NCBI GenBank assembly: GCA_963826525.1 | Contig: CAWGXH010000005.1 | Coordinates: 96,001 to 160,000 of the forward strand | Length of the DNA stretch: 64,000 nucleotides | Origin: an uncultured Methanomicrobiaceae archaeon | Lineage (GTDB): Archaea > Halobacteriota > Methanomicrobia > Methanomicrobiales > Methanoculleaceae | Reading direction: 5' to 3' | The notes under the pieces: generated by a model | What the model was told of the DNA's origin: nothing | The model's input: the letters and a program-made list of their open reading frames with translations, nothing else | Database searches by the model: none | Shown here: piece after piece, positions 39,810-52,371 of the stretch | Position numbering within the stretch: the stretch's first letter is position 1 | Layout of the letters: every line of letters begins with the position of its first letter | Translations under genes and position numbers: made by a program

Positions 39810-40325
39810 AATTGCCTGTTAAGGATCCGAAACCATTTGATGCTGGGCTTCTGGTATGAGTGTGACCAAACTCTTCGCGCGGGATGTATAGGTTTGATCA
39901 TTTTTCGGTGGAAGGAGGGTGATCGATCGGAACGTGCAGAGTGGCCACCCGGCTAAGGGCTATTAGATTTGGCAAATTATTCATGGAAAGGAGAATTCTG
40001 TCCTATGAAATGCACCCTGAAGAATGCTCAAAAAGATTCCGCATGAGGCCAAAGTGGTAATTCTTACCTACCGAGGCTAACGCATATACTCATGTATGGC
40101 TATTCTCAAGCAAGAGGTAAAAAATTGATCTGCCCTCCAGGTCCGATAGTTCACTTGACCTAACCTTCTATGTGACTGGCGCCTGCACCTATCGTCCCGT
40201 CAACCGCATCCCAACGATCCCCCAAACCGCCTCCTCATCTCCCACATTTTACCCAAAAACCCTCTCCCATCACGTACCTGCATTGCAAAGGCTTATTTAC
40301 CATGTCGTTGATATAATCTTTCACC

Positions 40326-41142
40326 ATGGGGGTAGACCAGGCACAGATCGATAAGATCCTCAGCGGAGCATCGACTGAGGACCCTGAGGTCCGGCTCGAT
40401 AACCTCGAGAAGGAGCTCGACTTCATGAAGACCTCCCTAAAGCGCCTGCTCATCGATATCCGCGAACGGATGAACGAACTCGACAATCCCTTCTCAAGCA
40501 CCGGCTTTTCCAGAATGCCGGCCGCTCCGATGCTGCCGGATGCCGGAAAAGAGGACGAACCGGCGTCGTGGAAGGAGCACGAGATCGAGGAGCACGACGC
40601 TGACGAGCCGCTGGCGTTTGCTCTCGAGAACGGATTTGCCGGCATGCGTAAAGAGCCCGTTCTTATCGCCCGCCGAAGCGTTCGGCCTTCCCGCCGGACA
40701 GTTTGCCCTGCCCGCCGCCCCGCCCGTCGAGAGCGCGGCAAAGCCCCCGGAGAAACTGAAACTCCAGAAGGTGCATCAGCTCTTCGACTGGACGCATAAG
40801 AGCTGCAAGAAGTTCGGCCACGAGCGGTTCGAGATGATGATCGACGCCTACCTGACGATGGGCTACATCGCGGAAGGCTCCGCCGACCAGATCAAAGAGA
40901 TCATCCGGATGATACCCCCCACCCGCGGCGACCTCCAGGAGATCGGGCCGAACGAGTTCGTCTCCGAGCTCTACGTCCTGAACCGGATCCTCGAACCCGG
41001 GGACTCCTCGCTCGACCGCGATATGATCGAGGTGCTGATGGTCCAGCGGATGCAGTCCGGGGAGAAGACCCGGGACGGGAAAGTTACGTCGAAAGAGAAG
41101 TATGCTGGTGACGAATGGCTCGAGATGCTGGACAGGATATGA
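40326..41142 (+). CDS. Archaellum accessory protein (ArlC/D/E-like), frameshifted near 40550
   Basis: N-terminal coiled coil RLDNLEKELD...IRERMNELDNPF; C-terminal FDW...KFG...YLTMGYI; lies between flaB and flaG. Confidence 0.65.
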
Positions 41143-41145
41143 TGG

Positions 41146-41649
41146 ATGTCGAGCGAAACCTTCACCACCGCAATGTTCCTGATGGCCGCCATCATCTCGG
41201 CCGGCGTCCTCATTAACGCCATCTTCCCCGTCATCTACACCCTCTCCGACACCATCGCATCCTCGACGCACGAGGCGGACGAGCGGCTCCGGGTCGACGC
41301 GAAGATCGTGAATACCTACGCGAGCGCTTTATCGCAGGAGGCCGATATCTGGATCAAGAACGTCGGGACCCAGCGGATCGCGGAGGCCGACCTGAAGAAC
41401 AGCGACGTCTTCCTCGGGGCGATGGGGAACTTCGATCGGCTCTCGTATACTGCCGGCCTTCCGGCAGACGGGAAGTGGACGTACGAGATCGAGGACAGCG
41501 ATGCGAACAGCTACTGGGACCCCGGCGAGACCCTGCACATCATCGGACGGACAGACAGTCTCCCCGACGCCTCCGGCAATGTTGCCTACTTCCAGTTCGT
41601 CCTGATGACGGGTCTCTCCCGGTCGACCGAATTCGCGGTAAGTGGTTGA
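41146..41649 (+). CDS. flaG: Archaellum protein FlaG/ArlG
   Basis: N-terminal TM; WIKNVG, DVF and WDPGETL motifs. Confidence 0.85.
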   Translation: MSSETFTTAMFLMAAIISAGVLINAIFPVIYTLSDTIASSTHEADERLRVDAKIVNTYASALSQEADIWIKNVGTQRIAEADLKNSDVFLGAMGNFDRLSYTAGLPADGKWTYEIEDSDANSYWDPGETLHIIGRTDSLPDASGNVAYFQFVLMTGLSRSTEFAVSG

Positions 41650-41650
41650 T

Positions 41651-42121
41651 ATGAGCGTCGGATCGCTCGTCGCTTCGGGAATCGGCATTCTCCTGCTGGT
41701 CATCACGGCATACGTCCTCGTCGGGGGCACCCTCGGCACGGCGGAGCTCGTCGTCATGGCACAGAGTGACCTTGCGATCCAGCAGGAGACGCGTATGAGG
41801 ACGAATATCGATATCGCCGCCACATCCCTGGATGCGGCGGAGCAGGTGCTCTATGTCGAGGTCGAGAACAGCGGCAACGAACCGATCGTGAATTTCGCCC
41901 ATATGGACGTCTACCTCGTCACCAGCGGCTCTCCCGTCTACTACCCCTACGGGACAGGGGAAGACACCTGGCAGTATGTGGCGATCAACCCCGACCAGAT
42001 CCACCCGCGCCAGCTCGACCCCGGCGAGGTTCTGAACCTCTCCGTCCTCTACACCGGGGACGACCCGACCTGGGTGCAGGTCACGACCGGGAACGGCGTC
42101 TACGACTCCGCATATATCTAG
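41651..42121 (+). CDS. flaF: Archaellum protein FlaF/ArlF
   Basis: N-terminal TM; VENSG, LDPGE, VTTGNGV. Confidence 0.8.
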   Translation: MSVGSLVASGIGILLLVITAYVLVGGTLGTAELVVMAQSDLAIQQETRMRTNIDIAATSLDAAEQVLYVEVENSGNEPIVNFAHMDVYLVTSGSPVYYPYGTGEDTWQYVAINPDQIHPRQLDPGEVLNLSVLYTGDDPTWVQVTTGNGVYDSAYI

Positions 42122-42173
42122 GTGAACGACATGCCTGCAAGCACTTACGACAGCGACGAAGCCATACGACCCG

Positions 42174-42878
42174 ATGCATGGGCATACCATCCTCTCGACG
42201 GGAAACTCCGAACTCGACAAGAAGATCGCCGACGGCCTCCCGCTCCAGTCGCTCTCGCTGATCGAGGGCGAGAACGATACCGGCAAGAGCGTGCTCACCC
42301 AGCAGATCGTCTGGGGTGCGCTCAAGCAGGGATTCAACGTCGATCTCTTCTCCACCGAGAATACGAGCAAGAGTTTCCTCTCGCAGATGGAGTCGATGAG
42401 CCTCGACATCTCCGAGTACTTTGCCTGGGGGTACCTCCGGATCTTCCCGATGCACGTCGTCGGGTTTGAGTGGACGAAGGAGAAGATGCAGGGCACCCTC
42501 GAACGGATGATCGGGTTCATCGAGCGGAGCCGTGCCGAGGTCATCATCATCGATTCGCTGACGCTCTTCACCGAGTACGCCCAGCAGGATACGGTGCTCA
42601 CCTTCTTCACGAACTGCAAGCACCTCGTCGACCACGGCAAGACGATCCTGATCACGCTGCATACGTATGCCTTCGTCGAAGACTCGCTCGTCCGGATACG
42701 GTCGATCTGCGATGCTCACCTCTTCATGAAGAAAGCCCTCGTCGGCGGCAAGTACGTGATGATGCTCGAGGTCGTAAAAGTCCGGGGAGCGCGCAAAACG
42801 ACCGGAAACATCGTCAGTTTCGAGGTTCACCCCGGGTACGGCATCAAGATCATCCCCGTCTCCGTCGCAAAGGTGTGA
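42174..42878 (+). CDS. flaH: Archaellum RecA/KaiC-fold protein FlaH/ArlH (true start may be 42131 with an indel)
   Basis: STGNSELD, GENDTGKS, IIIDSLT, FEVHPGYGIKI. Confidence 0.93.
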   Translation: MHGHTILSTGNSELDKKIADGLPLQSLSLIEGENDTGKSVLTQQIVWGALKQGFNVDLFSTENTSKSFLSQMESMSLDISEYFAWGYLRIFPMHVVGFEWTKEKMQGTLERMIGFIERSRAEVIIIDSLTLFTEYAQQDTVLTFFTNCKHLVDHGKTILITLHTYAFVEDSLVRIRSICDAHLFMKKALVGGKYVMMLEVVKVRGARKTTGNIVSFEVHPGYGIKIIPVSVAKV

Positions 42879-42881
42879 TCC

Positions 42882-44740
42882 ATGACGGCATCGCTCACGG
42901 CATCGGTAGCCCTCCCCTTCGAACCGGAGTTCATCGACGAGGGGAACGACTGCTACAACAACGTCGAGTCCTGCGCCCTCTACCGGATGCTGCCGGCCAA
43001 TGCCCGTGAGTACGTCAAGGACAGCCCGCACCTCCTCGAGTACCTCCATATCCTCCCCGTCAACACCGTCGGGATCCCGCTCTTCCTCTCGGAGCTGAAG
43101 CGCGACTTGAAGTCGATGGAGAATCCGAATATCATCTACCCGGTCAACGATACAACCTTTATCCATATCTTCCCGGACCCGAACGACGTGCGGAACTGGT
43201 ATATTCCGATCGAGCCTTCGTTTCTCCACAGCGTCAAGGATTTCCTCCCCCTCGTAGAGCAGAAACTGATCGACATGATCGACGCCATGGACGAGGAACC
43301 GGTGACCGAGAAGGCGCGGGCGGAGGTCTTGAAGAAATTCATCAGCCAGACCGTCTACGTCAAACAGCCCGACGAGGTGATCGACGAGTCCCGTCTTGCC
43401 GGAGGGACGCCGAAAGACCTGCAGGCCAGAATCAAGCAGTTCCTCAACTCCGATATCGGCGCGAAGGGGAAGATCCCGAAACATCAGGCCGCGGTGCCGC
43501 TGATGGCGGACGGACGCATCATCCTCTCGCAGCAGGAGTACAAGGCGCTCGAGTACCTCATGGTGCGGGACAAGATCGAGCTCGGGACGCTCAAACCCTT
43601 CCTCAGCGACGAGTACATCGAGGATATCACCTGCGACGGCGTCGGCCCCATCTTCATCGAGCATAAGATCTTCAAAGGGCTAAAATCGGTCGTCGGCTTT
43701 CAGGACTCCGGAGAACTCGACAAATTCGTCATCAAGCTCGCAGAACGGATCAAAAAGCCGCTCACCTACCGAAACCCGATCGTCGATGCGACGCTCCCCG
43801 ACGGCTCGCGTATCAACATCGTCTACGGCACCGAGATCAGCAAGCACGGCAGCAACTTCACGATCCGAAAGGTCAACGAGGTGCCCTTGAGCATCCTCCA
43901 GGTGATCGAGAGCGGTGCCTGCGACTACATGATGGCCGGCTACCTCTGGATCTGCCTCGAGTACGGCATGTCGATGTTCGTGAGCGGGGAGACCGCGAGC
44001 GGGAAGACGACGTCGCTCAACGCGCTGACGACCTTCCTCTCCCCCGAAAATAAGATCGTCACGATCGAGGATACCCCGAGCTGACGGTGCCGCACAAAAA
44101 CTGGAGCCGCGAGGTCGCGAAAGGCAAAGGGAAGGGAGAGGGCGAAGGGTCCGACGTCACCATGTTCGATCTCTTAAAAGCCGCCCTCCGTCAGCGCCCG
44201 AACCAGATCCTCGTCGGCGAGATCCGTGGAATCGAGGGGAGCGTCGCCTTCTCGGCCATGCAGACCGGCCACCCGGTGATGAGCACCTTCCACGCGGCAT
44301 CGGTCGAGAAACTGATCCAGCGTCTCTGCGGTGATCCGATCAATATTCCGAAGACCTACGTGGACAACTTAAACCTGGTGATCATCCAGAGTGCGGTGAA
44401 ACTGCCGCGGGGAGGGACGGTGCGGCGGATGCTGAGCATCAACGAACTCGTGGGGTTCGATCCCGAGACCCAGGGCTTCTCGTTCCTTGCGGCGTTCGTC
44501 TGGGACCCGGTCACCGACTCGTTCACGTTCACCGGAAAGGGGAGCAGTTACCTCCTCGAGAACAAGATCGCCTCGACGCTCGGTATCCCGGAGAATAAAC
44601 GCGCCGAGATCTACAACGAGGTCGAAAAGCGGGCGAAGATACTTGAACGGCTGCACAAGGCGGGGTATACCCAGTTCTGGGACCTCTTCCATATGACGAC
44701 GAAGATCAAGAAGCAGGGACTGCTCACCATCGAGGTCTGA
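42882..44740 (+). CDS. flaI: Archaellum motor ATPase FlaI/ArlI, frameshifted near 44080
   Basis: GETASGKT, IEDTP; then ALRQRPNQILVGEIRG, MQTGHP. Confidence 0.93.
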
Positions 44741-44741
44741 C

Positions 44742-46339
44742 ATGTTCGAGAGCGTCACCGACCGGCTCCGCGAGGCGAACAAAGGCCAGTTGCCGTTTGA
44801 GGATCAGCTCAAAGTCCTCGGGAGCCTGCAGGAGAGGCTCCTTGAGAACAAGAAGATGGGGCAGGATCTCCTCTTCATGTACACCTACATGGCGGCGATC
44901 ACCACGGCATCGGTCACCCGTCCCGAGATCTTCGGGTATACCGCCGAACGGTTCGAGTACATCCCGACCCGGTACATTGCGAAGGTCCAGCGCCTCGTGA
45001 AAGGGTGGGGGTACAGTTATGCGGACGGGCTCCGGGTCATCGCCGAGAAGTGCCGAAACACGACGCTCAAGAGCATGCTCAACCGCTACGCAAACTCCAT
45101 CGACTCGGGCGTCCCCGACGACGATTTCATCGTGACCGAACTCTCGACAGTTCGGGAGATCTACCGGAACACCTTCGAGCAGGGCGTCGAGCTCTTAAAG
45201 AAATGGGGAGACGCCTACCTTGCCATGCTCCTCTCCGGCACGCTCGTCGCGATCATCATCATGATCTCGGTCGCGATCTATGCCCCCGACGGGATAGAGT
45301 CGGCGCTCAATTCCTCGTATATGATCATCATCGCCATCTCCGGGTTCGGGCTCGCGATCATGTACAAGGCGGTTCCCGACGATCAGAAGACCCACGGCCT
45401 TACGGATGTCTGCTCGCGGGAGCAGGGAACGATACACCGGATGGAACGGCTGGTCCTGCCGGTGGTGGCGGCGATATGCCTGATCCTGATCATCATCGGC
45501 GTGAACGCGGGTGTCATCTTCCTGCTCGTAGGGCTGCTCATCATGCCGCTCGGGATCATCGGGTATATCGACGACGACAACGTCGTCAACCGCGATGAAG
45601 ATTTCTCCACGTTTATCCGGAGTCTCGGGTCGGTCATGGGCGGGAAAGGGATCACGACCGCGGACGCATTGCAGGAGATCGACAAGAAATCCTTATCGAA
45701 CCTCGAACCGTTCATCAACTCCGTCACCTCGAAGCTCAACCTCGGCATCGACGAGGGGGGAGCTGGAAGCGGTTCATCGGCGAGACCGGGAGCAATCTCA
45801 TCTACAAGTACATGAATATCTTCCGCGATGCGGTGGCTCTCGGGGGGTCTGCCGACCGGATCGGCAAGATCGTCAGCTCGTCGATGCTCGAGCAGGTCCT
45901 CCTGCGGCGCAAGCGCGATATGCTCGTGAAGGGGTTCGTGGTGCTGCTTATCCCCATGCACGGGGCGATGGTCGGGATATTCGTATTCCTCTTTGAGATC
46001 CTTCTCACCATGTCGCGGGCAGTGACGGCGGTGTTTGAAACGCTCAACGATGCCACTGCGGCCCTCTCCGGCAGTACCTCCTCGATCGGCGGCAGCATGA
46101 CGGGTGCGATGAACTTCTTTACCGACTTTCCCGAGGCCGAGATGTCGACGTACGTGGTGACGATCTGCGTGATACTGACCATCAGCAACACCTTCGCCGG
46201 CAAGATCGTCGCCGGCGGAGACCGGTACATGTACTACTTCTTCGGAAGCCTGCTCTGCACCATCACCGGAATTATCTTCGTCGTCGCCCCAATTCTGGTC
46301 GGGATATTCTTCGACATACCTACATTCGGAGCTGTTTGA
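44742..46339 (+). CDS. flaJ: Archaellum platform protein FlaJ/ArlJ, frameshifted at the G-run near 45757
   Basis: Polytopic T2SS-F-like protein directly after flaI; two track ORFs join. Confidence 0.9.
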
Positions 46340-46340
46340 C

Positions 46341-47508
46341 GTGAAAGAGAAGTTTCGCCGCCCGGTACTCTTTCTGGTAACGGTCACTGCAGGGTCGCTT
46401 CTGATCCTCTTTGACATTCCGCCGATCGTGATCATCGGCGGAACCGTTCTTGCCGGTTTCTGCATGCTGCTCGGAACCGGCGCATTGCCGATCGCCGATC
46501 TGCACCCCTCCCGGGTGTCTGCATCGATACGGGCACGGATGAAACGGCGTAAGCCGGCCACCCCGAAAGCCGCCGCGAAGGCTTCCCGGCGCATCCCCGA
46601 CATAGCGGCGGCACTGCGGCAGGCCGTGGCTGTCCTTGCGACGTTTTTCGCGTCTCTCCGAAAGACCGTCGTGAAGAGCCGTGCACCCGAGCACGAGAAG
46701 AGGGCGGAACTCGGTAAGATCGACGAGATGCTCGACCGAACAATCCGCGATCCCCTTGCCGGGCCGGAGAGGTCGGCCGCTCCCACCGCCGGAGGGGGAA
46801 GGGCAGAGGATCCGTTCAGCGCTCTTGACGACCTCGATACCTCATCGCTCGACGATCTCGATCTCGACGGCGAGGTCTCGCGGATCGCCTCGAAGTTCGG
46901 CACCGGGCAGGTATCGAAGTTCTCTGCTGAGGATGAGAGTGCTGTCTCCGATATCCTCAAGGCGCATCAGGACGAACTTGATGATCTCCGAGCTGCCGAC
47001 GGACTTCGACCTTGGGACCGATGGGTCGGAAGGCTTCCCCTCCTCGCCGTCCGCTCCTAAAGAGCGGGCAGCCCAGAACGGGCGGAGCATGCCCGTACCG
47101 GGAGCAGCGCTCCTGCCGGATATGCTGGAAGGGCTCAGTTCAGGCGCAGTCGGCGATATCCTCGGCGGGGAACTTGGCGATCTCGATGAGATAGATCTCG
47201 ACGAGATTGAGATCGAGGATGAGAGCGGTTCCGGTTCCGGCGGGCTTGCGGCTCTCATACCGGAACCCGAGGAGACCGAAGAGGAAGAGGCCGAGGAGGA
47301 GGAGCCGGAGAATTTCGATATGGTTTCCTTTGCCTCGGGAGGCCTTGCCGACGACGATCTCCTTGCAGAACTCAAATCAGACGTCAAGAAGCGAAAAGTG
47401 GTCGAGGACGTCAGTCTCCTCCGGGATCTGAAAGGCATGAAGTTCAGCGGGAAAGAACTTGCCGGTGAGATGGAGGAACTGTTGCGGGCGATGAGGCCGA
47501 AACACTGA
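46341..47508 (+). CDS. Membrane-anchored, highly acidic hypothetical protein, frameshifted near 46990
   Basis: Two N-terminal TMs, a basic segment, a long D/E-rich region, and C-terminal DVSLLRDLK...ELAGEMEELL. Confidence 0.7.
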
Positions 47509-47532
47509 CGTCCCCGGGACGGGGAGAATGCT

Positions 47533-48339
47533 ATGAAAGAAGTTCCGATTAAGGTTGAACACGAAGGGGCGTGGGTCCCGACCCGGATGGGCATTGCAGA
47601 AGACCGGATCACGATCGGTGCGCCCGTTTCGGCCGAGATCCCCTATAAATCGATAGTCGACCTTGAGCAGAAGAAGAACCAGGTCTCCATAACGACCGGT
47701 GGCGAACCCGAACGGACATATCGGATAGCATCCGTCGATAAAGTCCTCGAGGTCTTAAAGAAGTTCGTCATTATGTCCTGCAGCGCCTACCGGCTGAACG
47801 CGTTCTTCATGTCGCCGGCGATACGGGGAGGCGTGCTCGTCCAGAACGCCCAGTGGGAGAAGGGGGCGATCGCCGTCCTCAAGACCGGGATCTGGTTTGT
47901 AAGCCAGAATAAGCAGGTCTGCATTCCCCTCGAGGAGGTGGCAAGCATCAGTCTCACGTCACGCGAAATTCAGGAAAAAGAGCTCGATGTCGTCAAGATC
48001 GACCACCTGATCGAGAACGAGGTGGTTACGAGTTTCGTCCTCTGCCCGCTCACGACGCTGCAGGTCCTGTACAATTTCCTGAAAGAGGCCACGCAAGATT
48101 CCGAGCCTTCGGAAGCACTCGATCCGGTCACGGGACAGGTGGCGATGCTGGTCTACAGCGGGATGGACTCGCATGCCATAGAGAATATGCTCCAGATCTC
48201 CCAGAAAGAACTCGATGCAATTTATGAAAAGCTCCTCTCGCTCGGTGTCGCGGAGGTCATCTGTATCAGAAAAGAGATCCAGTTGACCGCAAAAGGCGTC
48301 CGCCACATCTCTGACGCGGTAAAATCTTCAACAAACTAA
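47533..48339 (+). CDS. cheF: Archaeal chemotaxis adaptor CheF
   Basis: PAIRGGV...WEKG; LVYSG; C-terminal LTAKG winged helix; upstream of cheY. Confidence 0.88.
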   Translation: MKEVPIKVEHEGAWVPTRMGIAEDRITIGAPVSAEIPYKSIVDLEQKKNQVSITTGGEPERTYRIASVDKVLEVLKKFVIMSCSAYRLNAFFMSPAIRGGVLVQNAQWEKGAIAVLKTGIWFVSQNKQVCIPLEEVASISLTSREIQEKELDVVKIDHLIENEVVTSFVLCPLTTLQVLYNFLKEATQDSEPSEALDPVTGQVAMLVYSGMDSHAIENMLQISQKELDAIYEKLLSLGVAEVICIRKEIQLTAKGVRHISDAVKSSTN

Positions 48340-48406
48340 TTTTCCGGTAATTATGGAATAATAAGTTCTATATAGCGCACTACACAAATATTGAATAAGG
48401 TGAGCG

Positions 48407-48769
48407 ATGGGAAGAATTCTGATTGTAGACGACACGATGTTCATGAGGACGCTTTTAAAGAATATTCTGTTTTCGGGTGGACACGATATCGTCGGTGAAG
48501 CCGGTGACGGCGCCGAGGCTATCGCAAAGTACCAGGAACTCAAGCCCGACCTCGTGACCATGGACGTCGTTATGCCCAAAGTGAACGGTATTGAGGCATT
48601 AAAAGCGATCAAGACCGCAGATCCTGCGGCAAAGATCATCATGTGCACGGCCGTCGGCCAGGAGCAGATGGTCAAGCTCGCGATCAAAAGCGGTGCCCGC
48701 GGGTATATCGTCAAGCCGTTCCAGGCTCCGAAAGTCCTTGAAGAAGTGAAGAGCGTTCTTAGTGCATGA
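48407..48769 (+). CDS. cheY: Chemotaxis response regulator CheY
   Basis: VDD, TMDVVMP, KPF. Confidence 0.95.
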   Translation: MGRILIVDDTMFMRTLLKNILFSGGHDIVGEAGDGAEAIAKYQELKPDLVTMDVVMPKVNGIEALKAIKTADPAAKIIMCTAVGQEQMVKLAIKSGARGYIVKPFQAPKVLEEVKSVLSA

Positions 48770-49794
48770 GCATGATTCGGGTTTTGGTCGTCGACGACTC
48801 GCTGTTTATCCGGACGCTCCTTCGGGATATGCTCAAGGACGACCCGGGCATCGAAGTTGTCGGAACTGCGGTAAACGGCATCGACGCGCTTGAAAAGATC
48901 CGGAGCCTCGCTCCCGACGTCGTCACGCTCGACATCGAGATGCCCCGCATGAGCGGGATCGAGGTGCTCGAGGCGCTCAAAGAGGTGGAGCAGCGGCCGA
49001 AGATCATCGTCCTCTCGACCCTGACGTCCCGGCATGCCGATATGACCCACAGGGCGCTGCAGCTCGGCGCCGACGACTTCATGCTTAAACCCCGGGATAT
49101 CCACCAGGTTCGAGGGCTTGAGCGGGAGCTCGTCGAGAAGATCAAAAGCCTCATCGCGGTTCCGGTATTCTCAGGCGTCTCTTCCGTATCGGATGAGGAT
49201 GCCGAGGCCGTCGTCCTGATCGGCTCGTCTGCGGGAGGGCCGCATATGCTGGATCAGGTGCTCTCGAAACTCCGCTCCGATATCCGTGCCGCCGTCATCG
49301 TCACGCAGCATATGCCGGAAGGGTTCACCGCACCCCTGGCAGAACGGCTCAACCGGATCTCGCCGCTGCACGTCAAGGAGACCGAGAACGGGGAGACCCT
49401 GAAGAACAGCACCGTTGTGGTCTCGAAAGCCGGATTCCACACCGTCGTATCGGCCGTGCCCGGGAAGGCGGGGAGAAACCACGGCCGGATCGTCCACTCG
49501 AAAGCCCCGCAGGTCCATGCCGTGCGGCCTGCCGTCGATAAGACATTCACCTCGGCAGCAAACGTATTCGGCCCTCGTGTCGTCTCCGTCATCTTAAGCG
49601 GCATGGGTCACGACGGTGGCGAGGGAACGCTCGCGGTGAAGGCGGCCGGCGGTGTCACGATGGTCTGTGCCGAGGATGACTGCCTCGTCTACGGGATGGC
49701 CCGGTCGGCACTCAGCCGCAGCTGCGTGGATAGAGTTGTACCGCTCAGGGGGATCGCCCGTGAGATCATGAAGGCGCTCGAGGAGGTAGACTGA
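48766..49794 (+). CDS. cheB: Chemotaxis methylesterase CheB
   Basis: Receiver domain plus GSSAGGP, QHMP, RPAVD, GMGHDG. Confidence 0.95.
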   Translation: MSMIRVLVVDDSLFIRTLLRDMLKDDPGIEVVGTAVNGIDALEKIRSLAPDVVTLDIEMPRMSGIEVLEALKEVEQRPKIIVLSTLTSRHADMTHRALQLGADDFMLKPRDIHQVRGLERELVEKIKSLIAVPVFSGVSSVSDEDAEAVVLIGSSAGGPHMLDQVLSKLRSDIRAAVIVTQHMPEGFTAPLAERLNRISPLHVKETENGETLKNSTVVVSKAGFHTVVSAVPGKAGRNHGRIVHSKAPQVHAVRPAVDKTFTSAANVFGPRVVSVILSGMGHDGGEGTLAVKAAGGVTMVCAEDDCLVYGMARSALSRSCVDRVVPLRGIAREIMKALEEVD

Positions 49795-51733
49795 TGGCGA
49801 TGCTTGATGAGGAGATGTATCGGAAACTCTTTGTTGATGAGTCACGGGAGAACCATGAAGTTATTGTGAACAATCTCCTTACTCTTGAGCATGGGGAAGA
49901 TGCGGCTGCCATTGACGAGATATTCAGGTCTGCGCATACGCTGAAGGGTATGTCCGCATCCATGGGCTACGATGAGATGGAGCACCTCTGCCATTCCATG
50001 GAGGACATCTTCCAGCTCATCCGGAGCGGGCAGCGAGACGTAACGCCGGCTCTTGCCGACCTTCTCCTCTGCTGCACCGACGTTATCGAGGAGATGCTCG
50101 ATGAGATCGAGGCGGGAGACAGTCCGGCTTCGGAGAAGTCCGGGAACCTGATCGCAAGTCTCAAGGCCTTCATCGGCGACCTGCCCGATGCACCCTCGCC
50201 GGCAGAGCCCGCACCCCTTGAAGAGTATGAATCCCCGGCATCCTCGGTGAATGCTGCCTGCTCGCTTCCTCTCTATGATGTCGGCGTCACGCTCGATCCT
50301 GCCTGCGGGATGAAGGATGTGCGTGCCATCATCATTCTCCAGAACCTCGAAGAGCTCGGGAGTATCCTCGCGACAACGCCCTCTCGCGATCTCATCGAGG
50401 ACGGCCGGTTCGACGGGTCGTTCTCCCTGCTCGTCGCAAGCGATGCGGGCGACGAGGCACTGGCGACCGTTGCGTCGGGAGCGGATGTTCAGCACGCGAC
50501 GGTCACCCTTCATGAACCGGATGCAGCGGACGATGAGCCGTTGCAGCTCGAAGACCCGGTGCTCGCTCCGCAGAAACCCGGAAAGAACGACAAAAATCGG
50601 GAGATAAAAAATATCCGGGTCGATATCCATCGGCTCGATCAGATGATGAACCTCGTCGAGGATCTCGTCATCAACCGCGGGCGCCTCGAACTGATCGCGA
50701 GGAAGCACGGGATCAAAGAGTTTGACGAAGCCCTCAGTATGGTCGGCCGGTCGGTCTCCGACCTCCAGAACCTCATGATGGGTATCCGGATGATCCCGCT
50801 CGAGCGGATATTCAGCCGGCTCCCCCGCGTCGTCCGCGACGTTGCGAACTACGACGGGAAAGAGGTTGAGTTCGTCGTCGAAGGCGGCGATACCGAACTC
50901 GACCGGAGTATGATGGACGGGCTCAACGATCCGCTCCTCCATATCATCCGGAACGCCGTCAACCACGGTATCGAGCCGCCTGCGGTGAGAGAGGCCGCAG
51001 GTAAGCCGCGAAAAGGGCTCCTGAAACTGACTGCCCGCCGTGATCGGGACAATGTCATCCTCGAGATCGAAGAGGACGGCGCAGGAATGGACCCGAGAAG
51101 CTCCGCCGTTCGGCAGTCGAGAAGGAACTCATGACCCCCGAAACCGCACGAACGGCGTCGAAGGAGGACCTGATCGGCCTGATATTCCAGCCCGGCTTTT
51201 CAACCGCCGAGAAGATCACCGATATCAGTGGACGGGGTGTCGGGCTCGACGTGGTGAAGCGTTCGATCGAGGCGCTCAAAGGGACGATCCGGGTGGAGTC
51301 CGTCGTCGGGAAAGGGACGAAGTTCGAACTCGTCCTGCCGCCGACCATGGCCATCGTCGACGTGATGATGGTGCATATCAACGGGATGCGCTGCGCGATA
51401 CCGATCAGCAACGTCGTCGAGGTAGCAACGGCCCGTCAGGACGCCGTCCACCACATCGGGTCGACCGAGACGATTCTGCTTCGGGATAACCTCCTTCCCA
51501 TGCACCGGCTTGAGGATATGTTCGGAGCGACAAAAAAGAGTGGCGAGACGCTTGTCGTGCTGCAGAATAACGGCAAAAAGTGTTGTATCGTCGTGGACTC
51601 CGTTGAGGGTCAGCAGGAAGTCGTGGTGAAACCGCTCAGCCGCCTGGTAGGCAGCTGCCGGGGAATCAGCGGCGTGACCATTCCCGGTGACGGGGATGTC
51701 GTGCCGGTTCTCGATGTGAACACAATGGTGTAG
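49794..51733 (+). CDS. cheA: Chemotaxis histidine kinase CheA, frameshifted near 51095
   Basis: HPt motif FRSAHTLKG, HIIRNAVNHGIE, DGAG; then PGFST...SGRGVGLDVV and a CheW-like domain. Confidence 0.94.
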
Positions 51734-51743
51734 GTGAACCTCT

Positions 51744-52353
51744 ATGGAACTAGATATCTATCAGACGGATGCGTTGAACGAGCTTGGAAACATCGGTGCG
51801 GCACATGCCGCGACGACACTCTCCCAGATGCTGATGAGCCCGGTGGAGATGACCGTTCCGGAGGTGCTGGTCGTGGATATCGCGGATGTCTACCAGTACA
51901 TCGGCGACGAGATCTCGGCCCTGGTCGTCTTCCAGATCCAGGGAGACCTTGCGGACGGCGGCTACATCGTCGTCAGCATGCCGATAGGCGCCGTTACCGA
52001 GTCTGACGAATATGATGCTCGGGATGACGGGGAGCGACCGGGAACTCACCGAGATGGATCAGAGTGCCGTCATCGAGATCGGAAACATCATGATATCGGC
52101 CTTCCTTGACGCAACCGCCGAGCTGCTCGGCATTGTCATGCTCCCGTCCCCCCCTGCGCTCGCAGTCGATATGGCTCATGCAGCCTTCCAGTCGATCATC
52201 GCCCAGATGGCGGTCGACGTCAACGAGGTGGTCATCTTCAGTACCGAACTTGCGAGCAGTGCTCCTCCCATCTATGGAAGTATCTTCCTGCTCCCGAATG
52301 CCGAGTTACTCCGTGAGATCATCCGGTTACTCGAAGCGCTCCTCGTGCCGTGA
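51744..52353 (+). CDS. cheC: Chemotaxis phosphatase CheC, frameshifted near 52000
   Basis: Two S/D-xxxExxN motifs: DALNELGN and SAVIEIGN. Confidence 0.9.
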
Positions 52354-52371
52354 CATTGGTGCCTGATCCCG

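Noticed and set aside
39810-40320. AT-rich gap after the archaellins as an IS remnant or hidden gene
   Set aside because: No paired inverted repeats and no convincing ORF.
44075-44090. Programmed frameshift or Sec/Pyl readthrough in flaI and other split genes
   Set aside because: The halves are in different frames, so this is not stop readthrough; no shared slippery motif, and breaks are scattered across unrelated genes.
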